From: Pecten maximus | Taxonomy: Eukaryota | Reading direction: 5' to 3' | NCBI RefSeq assembly: GCF_902652985.1 | Contig: NC_047024.1 | Coordinates: 14,632,001-14,696,000, forward strand | DNA: 64,000 bases | Part shown: piece by piece, positions 14,860-27,041 of the stretch | Layout of the letters: the number at the start of each line of letters is the position of its first letter | Position numbering within the stretch: position 1 is the first letter of the stretch | Made by a program: the position numbers and the translations under genes | The notes under the pieces: generated by a model | What the model was told of the DNA's origin: nothing | The model's database searches: none | The model's input: only the letters and a program-made list of their open reading frames with translations

Positions 14860-14928
14860 TAGCCCGAGTTTCCTCTGGCCCTGACACCATACCAGACATG
14901 GTGTCAGGGCCAGAGGAAACTCGGGCTA
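14860..14928. repeat. Perfect inverted repeat with 31-bp arms and a 7-nt loop (probable tiny MITE)
   Basis: TAGCCCGAGTTTCCTCTGGCCCTGACACCAT-accagac-ATGGTGTCAGGGCCAGAGGAAACTCGGGCTA. Confidence 0.9.
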
Positions 14929-15770
14929 GGATATAACAAGATTAATTTTGATTTAATTCAAAAGAAGAACGCTACATTAGCTTTGTTTTAATTTTCAGTG
15001 ACCTTGCGACGGAAATCGGTCAAAATGTCAGCTGTATTGTTCAGATCCCAAATATAATTCTTCAGTAAAATGTGGAACAATACATATATCTGAATGGCAA
15101 GCTGGTGCCTGTAATAGTTTGGATGTGTTGTGCCCATTAAAAGGAATGGGAAAACGTGTCCCTAGTGTCAGTTATAATCAGCTAGCAGATAACACATAAC
15201 ACAAAGAAGTCCTGTACTAATGGGGAGGGGGGTTGATTCAGATAAAATATTTTCACAATAACAACATAGATCTGCTATTTTACTTCCATTGCTTACTCCA
15301 TGGTTCCTTACCCTTTTAGAATATATGAAATATACCTATATACATTCTTTATGTGTGTGATATCTGAAGAAAGCAATTAAAATTACTCAATGATTGAGTT
15401 CATTTTTTTTAAACATTCAAATAAGACAGAAATTATAATTTATGGACAGGGTGACTTGCACAATCTAAGCTAAGCCCCCAACCAAGTTGAATGTATGTCC
15501 ATCAGAACTTTACAGATAGTATGTATGTATACCACCCAACCAGGAATTATTTAAGGTTTTAAAGCTAGAACAATCTCCATACTAGAAAGAAAACAAGAAG
15601 ATGAGCTAGCCAGCTATATCATAAACTACTGCAAGATCACCTTTAATCAGATTTGATCATGATCACGAAATGTATGCTATTAATCAATAATATTTTGAAT
15701 TGATGTGCAACATGCTAAGGACTCAAGAAGTTGCTCTTTTTTTCCAGTACATCACAGCTATTTGTATTTC

Positions 15771-18700
15771 ATGGGAAGAAAACACAAAAGATCAAAGCCA
15801 ACAAACTCAGAACTTGAAGCAGAGAAGCAGCGTGAGAAAATAAGAAACTCCATTTTGAAAGGTTCCTTTTTTAACTTTGTACATGTGTCTGTTAAGATTA
15901 GAGCTGAAGTCATGTAAATGTATGAGATTTTACATCAGCAGCCAGTTTTGCACATAACCACTTAGATTATGATTATAACTATGCAAGTACATGTGGCATG
16001 TATGTAAAAGTGGAAATAGTAATTGTTATTTTCACGGTTTATTCTTCAAACCATTCCAGGTACATTAGAAGGTTCATGTTTGGATGTTTGCTATGATTTA
16101 AATGAAAGTAGATATGATTACTAAATCTTTGTTTTAGTATTGATTAAACATAAAGTATGAATTGTGAAACAGTTGTAAAATATATCCATCTATTTCACAA
16201 ATGTTATCTTTACTCAGATTCAATTGCTTTATAAATTGCTACATGTACATTGTACTTTTATCAGAGACTTGTATATACGTCTCTACTTTTATGAAACATC
16301 ATTCAAGATTAAAAAGATAATGCCAAGTTTATTCACAATGTCACATTTAATTCCAGTTTTTCGAGCAAGGCTTTCAAACCCTAATGGTGGAGGGGCCTTA
16401 CTGGTAGGCAAAGACACTGACGTGTCCCCACCTGAACACTTGTCAATCACTAGTCGTACCCAGAATGATAGCTCCTCCTCCAGCATGAGTGACAGTGATG
16501 ACAGTCTTAGAAAGGCAAGTCAAGGACAAACTCGAACCAGGAGGAAGAGGAGGTGCAAAAGAGGACATAAGAGGTCAAAGGTCACTTCTAAAGTAAGATA
16601 TTTATATACTGGCTTTCTTTGGTGTACAATAATTTAAAGATTGTCACTTTTAAGATTTAAAACCAAAGATATCATCTGTGCAAAATTACATTGATAGTTA
16701 AATCACATTTCTATTTTATCCAGACACAGAATGAGAAATCTGCTGCAACAAGGCATCTAAGGGCTGTTCATGATGTTCGGGATGTAAGAGATTTACAGTA
16801 ATACTGCTCCGATTATAACCAGTTCTAAAATAAAGTATCTGATAAGTTGTCAAAATATATGTACTGTATATTTAACATAAGGATACAATAAAAAATAAAA
16901 TATGAAAACATATTTCTCCAAAACACGTAAATAATGCAGTTACAAAATAGTTTTTATGTTCATGATTATATGATAAAGGCTTTATGGATCAATCATATGT
17001 TTAGTAAGAACAGTTGTCTGAATGCATGTACATGCAATGTAAATGTTTATTTTGCACAGGCCTTACATGAATCTGCTGAAAAGGGACAGGACAAAATTAG
17101 CCTTATAACTGTGAACAGATTAACAGTAAGTTTTCAGTCAGGCATAATATGTCGGACATATATTGAAAGTAAAATGCAAAATAAGATTTTTTTAAATTTT
17201 TATTTCAAAATGTAAGAAGTTATCTATGTGAACAGGAAAGACAATTGCTGGACTTTACTTGAATAACAGTGTACTTTTTTCCCTTGACTATCAAATGTTA
17301 TCATTTTATGTATAATATTCTGCTTTAATTGCACAAACAAACATTTCTATTAATATATGTTTGGATCCTGGAATGTCGCAATACTGCAAGGGAAGATTTT
17401 AGTGTCATAAAGAATGTTTGTGAAACACTTTTTCTATTATACAGAATAAAGTTGGTTTATTTAACAAGGGAAGGAAGTCTGAAACCATATCCAGAGGTAA
17501 ACACTTCATTTCATTAAGAAAGTTTCTGATAATTACATGTACAAAATGTATACAGCTTTTAAAAACTATCATTCTATCAGCATTTTATAGTTTATATTGA
17601 TACTTGTTATGATATTCCTCACTTTCATTGAAATTTGAGGATATGTTTAACAGTTAACAAAAAGCTGATTGTGTTTAATATTTCAAAATTATTTTTTGCA
17701 GAAACTCATTCCTAAAATGTAAAATACTGTATATTTCTTGGTTTGGAGCTTTCAAATTATTCCGTGGGTGCAAACTTTCGTGGTCAGTGCACGCAACAAT
17801 AACAATTATAACAAAAATACATACACCAATATTCATCGTATATATATTTGTGGTTCTATAACCAATATGAAAACAACGAAAGTTTCATTTTATACATTAT
17901 AATACAATTATGGATTAATACTCAGGTCAAGGCCAACTGTAAGAAAATTTAAACATGATTTCCTTTCATTTGAGAAATTGCATAGCCATTGAAGAAAGGT
18001 TATCTAAAAGATATGACTTAAATACTTTGTCAGTTATTCTCAAAGATGCTGGTTCAACCCTATTTCAGATATTCATGTTTCCGACTCTGTGAAAAAGAAA
18101 ACGGAAGATGACCTTAAGAACATAGTAAACCACAGCGATGATAATGGACTACCTGTTACTAAAGACGTTGAACCACCCAGGTATTGTGATAATTTGTGAC
18201 TTAGTACCTAAGTGAAGAATAAGGCAGTAAGCAGGTAAATAATGAACCTATAAAGGAATGCTATATATTCTACCTTTACTAAAAGGTAGTATAGGGTTAT
18301 TGATCAGTCAGAGCATCATACTCTTTCTTATTGAAATCTTAAAACAATGATGACTACAATACATAGTAAATAATAGTGAGTTTCCAGACTCAAAAGCTGT
18401 ATTTTTTTCCCCATTTTTGGGTATCTTTTACCTTATTGTTAATGAAGTTCACAGCTTAATCCCTGATTATTATTTTTTTCGAAAACAGCACAATCTACAG
18501 GTAATTCAGCATGCTCTTATTTTTAAAATCATTTTCAGTTGCATTATGACTTTCACTGTCAGAATGCTAATTTAAGATCTTTTTATTGTTTATATGTCAT
18601 TTTCCCTCTTTTTAGGAGCACGACTACGAGTGTACTTACACATGAATTGTTCTAGTTTAGATTCATACTTACACATGAATTGTTAGCTCACCTGGTCCGA

Positions 18701-21700
18701 AGGACCAAGGTGAGCTTATGCCATACCGTTGCGTCCGTCGTCCGTCGTCCGTCCGTCCGTCTGTCGTCCGTCGTCCGTCCGTCCGTCAACAATTGACTTC
18801 TTCTTCATAACCACACATCAGAATTTGACCAAATTTGGTCAGAAGCATCCCTATGGGTAGGGGACTCAGAATTGTACAAATGATGGGGCTGACCCCCTGG
18901 GGGCCTCTGGGGCGGGGCCAAAAGGGGTCATTTTTGCGCTATTGATATAAACGACTTCTTCTCTGAAACCAAGCAATGGCTATCACTCATATTTGCCTGG
19001 TAGCATCACTATGGGGTGGGGATTCAAAATTGTACAAATGATGGGGCTGACCCCCCAGGGGCCTGAGGGGCGGGGCCAAATGTGGTCAATCTGGCTATAT
19101 TGATATAAACGACTTCTTCTCTGAAACCAAGCAATGACTATCGCTCATATTTGCCTGGTAGCATCGTTATGGGGTGGGGATTCAAAATTGTACAAATGAT
19201 GGGGCTGACCCCCCAGGGGCCTGAGGGGTGGGGCCGAATGTGGTCAATTTGGCTATATTGATATAAACGACTTCTTCTCTGAAACCAAGCAATGACTGTC
19301 ACTCATATTTGCCTGGTAGCATCACTATGGGGTTGGGATTTAAAATTGTACAAATGATGGAACTGACCCCCCAAGGTCCTGAGGGGCGGGGCCAAATGTG
19401 GTCTATCGGGCTATATTCATATAATTGACTTCTTCTCTGGAACCAAACAATGGATATCTCTCATATTTTACTGGTAGCATCACCTTGGGGTAGGAATTTG
19501 AAATTGTACAAATGATGGGGCTGACCTCCTGGGGTCTGAGGGGCGGGGCCAAAAGGGGTCCGTTTTACAGAATTGATATAAACGACTTCTGCTCTGAAAC
19601 TAAGCAATGGATATCACTCATATTTACCTGGTAGCATCCCTATGGAGTGGAGATTCAAAACTGTACAAATGGTGGGGCTGACCCCCAAGGGGTCTGAGGG
19701 GCGGGGCCAAAAGGGGTCAATTTGGCTCTCTTAATACAAATGACTTCTTCTCTGAAACCAAGCGATGGATATCGCTCATATTTGCCTGGTAGCATCCCTA
19801 TGGAGTGGGGATTCAAAACTGTACAAATGGTGGGGCTGACCCCCAAGGGGTCTGAGGGGCGGGGCCAAAAGGGGTAAATTTGGCTCTCTTAATATAAATG
19901 ACTTCTTCTCTGAAACCAAGCGATGGATATCGCTCATATTTGCCTGGTAGCATCACCTTGGGGTAGGAATTTGAAATTGTACAAATGATGGAGCTGACCT
20001 CCCGGGGGCCTTAGGGGCGGGGCCAAATGTGGTCAATTGGGCTATATTGATATTAGCAGACCTGCCAACTACTACTATTTTATAGTAATCTTTACTATTT
20101 TGTGGTGGTCGTTACTCTTTTTTCTCTCGAAATAGTAGCAAATTACTCTTTTTGATGCAATAGATTTGGCAAGAATTGTTAAGAGTTACTCTTTTTTTGC
20201 TCAAAAATGGGCCAAATTACTATTTTTGAATTTGAAAGGTTGGCAGGTCTGTATTAGTGACTTCTTCTCTGAAACCAAGCAACGGATATCACTCACATTT
20301 GTGTGGTAGCATCCCTATGGGGTTGTGCCAAAAGTTAATTTTATTTCATGGATTAATGCATTTTTTGACATCAAATCCTTACGTACCAATATAAAATGCC
20401 TATGATATATTGACATAGCAATACCAGTGACAAATATACTTAATCATTCTTGTTTCATATCTCATGAAATCCAGGTGAGCGATACAGGCCCTCTGGGCCT
20501 CTTGTTCTAGTTTAGATTCATTGTAAATTTTAACTTAAAATATTCTAACATCAGGCTTAAATGTAGTAAAGTGCATTATATAACTGACAAATTTTAACTA
20601 CATAATTACTGAAAGTCAACTCACCATGTCAAAACACAGAATAAATACTAGTGTGTTGTAATTGTTTTTTGTTTTTTTTTCTTTTCAGTTCTGTTAATAT
20701 CAAGAATTTCAATCTGACAACAAATGAAGATATTCTATCAGGTGCTAGTGCTAAACTGACACATTTAATCAGACATAGTTCTGAGCAGACTCATACCAGG
20801 TCAAGTGTTCTGAGCTCAGGAGATCATAGCAGACTCAGTTCTAAAATGTCCATCACTCCAGTGTCAGAACCAAGCAACAAGCAAGTCAACTCAGCAGGGT
20901 AAGGGCAAATTTTCATATTCATCTATGTTTTAACAGGCAAAATTAATAAACAATTAATTCCTAAAACAGACGCAACTAATGTTGAAGACCACTCTATATA
21001 GGCATATTGGGATTCACATACAAATGTTTTATTTTCCCTATTGGTTAGGTTTACATTCTAACATTTCACTGTAGAAATTGTAATCATATCCAGATACATG
21101 TTATCTCCTGAATGGAATGTATATGAAAATGATGTGGTAATTTTGATATACCTCTGATAACCACAACTAAATCTACTGCAAACTTATTCTTCAATGCATC
21201 ATATAACTTGTATATGTCCATTGATTGGTATTGATTGATTGGTATTTCCCTCCAGGTCGTGTAAGAGCACAGGTAGTTGTGGCACAGAAGAGAAAATGCC
21301 AGAGGTAAAGACAATACTACATACATCATTGTATGAACTTCCTGAATCAAACTTTTTACAGTTTGTAATAAATGTGAAATCTTGTTTATAAATCATTTAT
21401 ACATTATAGTGCATATTAAAAATAAATTACCTTGGCTTATAAATTAAAATCAATGAGAACAATTTAACAGTGTAAAGAACTAAAAGGCCCCTGATTGAGG
21501 ATACAAATTACATTGTCAACAGTACCCTGTATGATATATTAGTCTATCTAGAGTATGGGTTGACCTAGGTAAGGTTGTGTGTAACGTCCTGCTGATGTCT
21601 TTAGAAGTACTGCTTCAGTAAGGTAGCACTATAAAGTTAACATCAAATTCGGGCTATCACATGGAGACAAAACAAATATATCACAGCCTTCCAAAACATA

Positions 21701-24700
21701 AACACATACACGACACACATGCATTAATCAAATACAGAGGAGGCTATCCTTAAATGACCTTAGCTGTTGATAGGACATTATAATCAATAGAAAACCAAAC
21801 CAGACCTACATTTTGACCTTTGATCTACATCAAAAAAGTTCTTCTGGGCTGCATTTCCTGTCCTACTTGTCATGGAACTTCCTCCTTGGGGCATGGGTTC
21901 ACTTGCATTGACTTCTGATATGACCTATTCAGATAAGTGATATTCCTGAATTCATTCACAATACCTGTAATAACACCAAATGCGATTTTTGAATATGGTT
22001 GGTTTATCAAACATTATGTGTACTGTATAGTGTATAGAATTTGTTTCCTACACAAATAATTGGCATCCCTGTGGAAGATTGCATTTCAATGAATTGTCTT
22101 ATCTTCTAAATATCTTTCAGTTTAATTATTGTTTTTTTTTTGAAGATGAAGACACTAATGTCCACAATTTTGTTGTAATGCTGACTACTTTGTTTTATTG
22201 AATTGTGAATTATTCTTTTCCTTAAAGAGTCCACCATATGAGGAAATTGCACAGCAGCTAATGTTTACTGTCAAACCAAGACTTGTGTTTCCAGGACAAA
22301 GTAAGATTTCATTAATGTTTTAAGTAAATTGAAAAACGTGAACATGTCAGATATTAAAGATCCACTAAAGAGCATAATATATTAGAGGTTTTACACAATT
22401 TAGAGTTTTAATAGTACATTAATCATGTGAAAGTGTCCCTCAGGTCATGCATATGGGGTCTTGTTTGAAGTAACATTTTAAAGGGTATAATAGCCATAAG
22501 GTCAAATTTTCCAACATAAGGTTAACAGTTATATTAAAGGATAAAATGACCAAATCCATGCATGTTTATTAATCAAGTTTTTTTCTATTTTCTAGGCATT
22601 TTAGAAGAAACACGAGAGGAATTACAGAAACTAATGAGACAAAAGTAAGTACTTGTTTATCCCTTACCATTAAAAAGAGGATCGGTATAGTTTAACTTCT
22701 TCCAAATAAGATAGTTTCCAGGGCGTATCTCAGAAAGTGTTTAAAATTATGAAACATATAGAGATAGTGTCTAGATTCTTTATCAAGGATGAAATTTAAG
22801 ACTTGCTGAAGGTCTTTGAATATTTATTGAATTACAATTGCAAAGCCAGGTGATGTTAACCACTTCTGGGTCTGGTGCATCATATGATTGAACATAGAAA
22901 TGCTTCAAGTTGTAATGACTTGGGTATTGGAAGCATAATACATCGACTTTTCTTGTTCTGTGGTGTAGGAAACACTTTTGTTATCTAATTATATACAATG
23001 TTATTTCAGTGCTCCGAGATCAGCAACTCCAACCCCAAACTTGTTAAAACTTGGCAGTGCATGTACAGGATCAGTGAAGAGGTCCCTACTAGAAAGATTT
23101 CCACCTGAGAATGGCCATACAGATAGTAAAAGGTAGCTAGCTATTCTATGTAATACATGCATCAGTATTGTATTAAGCTGTCATTGTATAAAGTAAAAAT
23201 TATAGTTGATCATTTACTTGAGACATTCTGTATCATTACCGGTAGTCTTTGTACAGAAAAGAAAAAAAAAGAAAACATTTATAAATCTCTGATTTTATCA
23301 GACTAGTTTTTGAATAATAGAGATTTGAAGAAGTTCAATTACAAATGCATTATGCATGGAAGCAATATTTTCTTTATCAATGCCATGCAACAATATATCA
23401 ATTGAGTATCACAGATATATGTAAACTTACATGTCTAGATCGATGTAGTTTCATGTTGCTCTTGGGCAATGGGGAACCTAACATTTCAAAAATTATGTGT
23501 TTTATCATACAGGTAGTTCTAGATCAACAATTCTTCCTTTGAACAATTTAGAATGCAAAACAGCAGATATTTTCCATTACACATGACCATTATACTAATA
23601 TGGAATTGCAACTAATGATAGTATTTTATTATTCTGCAATACTTGTAGGCTACCCAAATATGGTTGGACAATCCGAGAAGATCACTTGTGTTGACTCAGA
23701 ATTTCTTGATATTCCAAAACCACAGAGAAACAACACATCCATCACTTCAAACATTGTCACCGATGCTCAAGTTTTGTTGAAGTGTAATGACCTTGCTATT
23801 ACCGTGTCTGAACATCGATACTCACCTTTACCTAACAAAGACAAAATTCAAAACTTTAATCCAGATGCAAGAAATATTTTACGCCACAATGACTCAGAGA
23901 GAGCCAAGAAATTGATAACGATCCCACAGTCCAGACATGGTGAACAGGAGTTTCTACAAAGTAGATCGCAACCGATGACAGTGTTTAGAACAAAACAGAG
24001 GGACCATCTGCAACTTCATCCAGATATCCATCATGGTATTTCCATGGATACCGATGAGTGTTCCACCAGAGAACGAGAGTCCAGCCAGCATGATTCCCAG
24101 TCCTCCAGACACAGTCTTCACAGTTCCCAGGCATCTTCCTACAGTCATACTGACAGGAGGTCCTTACACTTTAACCAAGTAGGCGAAGAAAACAAGGTAA
24201 CCTCCAATGCACATAAACATATACAGTCATCTATAAAAAAACTATACATGCCATTTTCACTTGTTGAAATATTATATGTGTATCATAAATTTTAACTATA
24301 CAATTTCTTAAAGATTACTAATTTGTTAGCAACAATAACAATTTTTTATGACAATAACTCAACCTGATGAAGTTTCAGGGAGGGTCAAGGTATTCCAAGA
24401 TATTAAAAAAATGCATAAAAGTTGGGGTTTTTTTTAAAAGATGTACCATAATATTACACTATGAATTATCCCTTCAAAAACTTTGGTTATCCAGTGAAAA
24501 TATGCTGTGAATTGAATGTTTCTAAATTAAAAAAGAAACAACATAATATTGTAGAAATGTTGCATCTTAAGGATTTGTAGGTCATCAATAAAAGCAAAAT
24601 GATAAGTTATCAGAAAAAAAAAAAGAATTACCATACACAATATCATAATCATTTTTACTGAAATTCAAAATATTGTCTGCAAAATGCATCGGAACTTACA

Positions 24701-25956
24701 GATGCCAGTGTAGAGTAAGTATTTATCATCTGTGATGAAAAAAAAGGTCTTCATATTTCTTTTCAGGGGGGACAGTTTCAGATTTTCCTCCCCAAATTTC
24801 TACCTTTTCTTGGATTCTGCGATTACTTTCAGAATTATTTTTCTTCCCACTAATTGAGAGAGCTAAATTGTTGTTTTTTTTTCAAATTCAAATATCATGT
24901 CTCTGCTTTAATACTATAAATAGATCATACCGGTATCCAAGCTCTGTTTAACAAATTCCATTTCATATGCTGCATAACTTTTCTTAAGGTTACCATAGTG
25001 TAATCACTCCTTTCACACATCATCCACCAACACCTATCAAGGAGTTAAGCTTTTTTACAATACCGTGTTGAAACATTTACCAATATCAGCATCTTCTGAT
25101 TGTACATAAATTAAGCACTTTTAATATTCTCAAATTTATATGATTTATGATGTATATGTTGGTCATTATATCCACAGGCAGTTGTTGCAGAGTTGCGGCA
25201 CTACCCAGAATGCCTATTACAGAACAGCACATACTATAGTGATAGTGTGGATTATATGATGCCCCATGACAGACATTCCACTCATCAGGTACACAAATTA
25301 AAGGCAGATAAGTATTCAGATATTAATGTATACTATAATGATACTTTACTGTACATGTATATCCTGAAAAGTGCTGGAAAAGAAACTGAAGCAGTTTCCT
25401 ATCAGTTCACTTGAGGCTGACAAACCTGGTGGTAGCACTAGAGCTACTCAAAGCTTGGCATGTTTTTACTTATTATTGATACCAAAAATATACTGTAAAA
25501 CGTATATCTTTTGGCACACTAAAATTTTGGAGCATATTTGATAATCTAAATATGCAGATTAGCCCAATGATGAGTTGCCACAGTCCTTGTTTTAGAAAGT
25601 ATACAGAACCTGCAATAAGTGCAATTCTAATTTAGCAGAAGGCTTTCAATGCGAAAAGTGTTAAAATAAGATGAAATCTAAAATATGTACATTAACAGTG
25701 TATCATATCTCGGACGTTCTTTTCTAATGTACATTGTTTTTTTCAGACAAAGGAACCCATGGATTTTATTGATATGCTGGATGACACTCGGCCCAAATCC
25801 AAGTCCCCAGTTGCAGCAGTCAATATGTTGAAGTCAGCAACTCCAGATTCTGACGGTTCTCCTTTGTGGCTTCCTATTCCACCCCCACTTCCGAAGAAGC
25901 CAACATTTGACACACCTAGCCCTCCAGAAAAACTATACCCTCGTCTTCTCTATTGA
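15771..25956 (+). CDS. PRR19: PRR19-like protein (putative meiotic pro-crossover factor homolog), ~14 coding exons, largely low-complexity Ser/basic-rich
   Basis: Exons 15771-15861, 16357-16592, 16724-16783, 17060-17125, 17445-17496, 18069-18180, 20689-20898, 21256-21304, 22228-22300, 22596-22644, 23010-~23130, 23649-24196, 25178-25288, 25747-25956. The phase at the ~23130/23649 junction is unresolved. Blocks KISLITVNRLTNKVGLFNKGRKSETISR, EIAQQLMFTVKPRLVFPGQSILEETREELQKLM and the C-terminus SPPEKLYPRLLY* resemble recalled PRR19 blocks ([58 protein letters not shown]; ..FPPMRLY*). Confidence 0.65.
18683..20506 (+). mobile_element. Helentron/DINE-1-like (bivalve pearl/DTC84-type) non-autonomous element with (GTCC)n microsatellite and 158-bp internal tandem repeats, intronic
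   Basis: 5' TTAGCTCACCTG..GGTGAGCT, then (CGTC)n at ~18733-18786. Units are marked by GACTTCTTCTCTGAAACC at 18953, 19111, 19269 and onward. The 3' end is CAGGTGAGC, hairpin AGGCCC-TCT-GGGCCT, then CTTGTT. TT lies at both ends. Confidence 0.85.
20057..20251. mobile_element. 195-bp MITE nested in the Helentron-like element; 13-bp TIR CAGACCTGCCAAC, 6-bp TSD TATTAG
   Basis: tattag|CAGACCTGCCAAC...GTTGGCAGGTCTG|tattag. Removing it restores the host 158-bp unit. Confidence 0.85.
21585..21802 (+). mobile_element. SINE remnant (central domain TGCTTCAGT..AGCACTATAAA; tail CCTTAAATGACCTTAGCTGTTGATAGGAC plus AAACC repeats)
   Basis: The tail is nearly identical to that of the SINE at 42890-42940 and ends in a simple-repeat terminus. 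Confidence 0.55.
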
Positions 25957-27041
25957 AGGAAATCTGCATCTACTGACCAGGTTCTGTCAATAAATACCAA
26001 ATTCCAATATATACAACAGATATATCAAGGGAATTTCTCTAGACTGTACTGGTACCAAGTTTTGTGAAGGAAATACTCAATGAATGGATTGATAAAATTC
26101 CATTTAACTGTAGGTATATTGCGAACAAAATCCTGACAAATGAAGTCAGGAAATTCCACCAAAATGTAGATATTGTGAAGATCTGAAGGTATATATTGTG
26201 AAGGAAACAGTCCAAATACCAAACGATTGAATTGGGTGTAACATTCATCAACTCTTCAGAGGGAAATCTCCTGAATTGAACAGATACTGTGAGTTTTTCA
26301 AAGGGGTGCTCCTCCCGACTACTACTGTCATGGATACCTTGACAAGGGATTGAGGGATTCCCTCGAGCTTCCTGGACTTTCCCCTTTGGTTAATTTTGGT
26401 AGCTTATTAATAAAAATGTCATTGCGTCATTTTGCGAAATCAATTACAAGAAATTTCCAGTTTGTGAATTTATTTCATTTAATTAATTATGGTATGTTAT
26501 TTAAGTAAATTATACATGCTTTTGTTTCATCATTACAACTCCTTGTATGTCTAAAAGTTTTTTCTGTTCTTCTGAGTTTATTTCCAATCTTTTTTTTTTT
26601 TGACATTTCAGTTAACTAAATGAAGTCAAATATTTTAAACAAATATGTAAATAAATTGTACATAATATTAAATATATTGTCAACATGTTTTAATTGATGC
26701 TGTAGTTAAATAAACAAAACTATAGACCAAACTTCTGGTCTATTTGTTTTAATTCATAATGTTTCTAAATTATGATGACAAAATTTCCTTCTGTCTTATT
26801 GGTCATCATAATGCAATAGGATTGCAGATCTGTACAAAATGTTTAAAAAAAATGTTTTGTCTGAACAAGACAAACCTTTTCTTGATCTATTAATAATTAA
26901 TTACACAGAACCATTAACAGCAATAATTATATGAAAAAAAATATTCAACTGTTCTGTAATTACAGGAACTGCGGAGAAAAAACTTGTGTTAATCAAAAAC
27001 CAGTCCATTTCATATTAACATCCCTCCTAATTCCATTTCAC

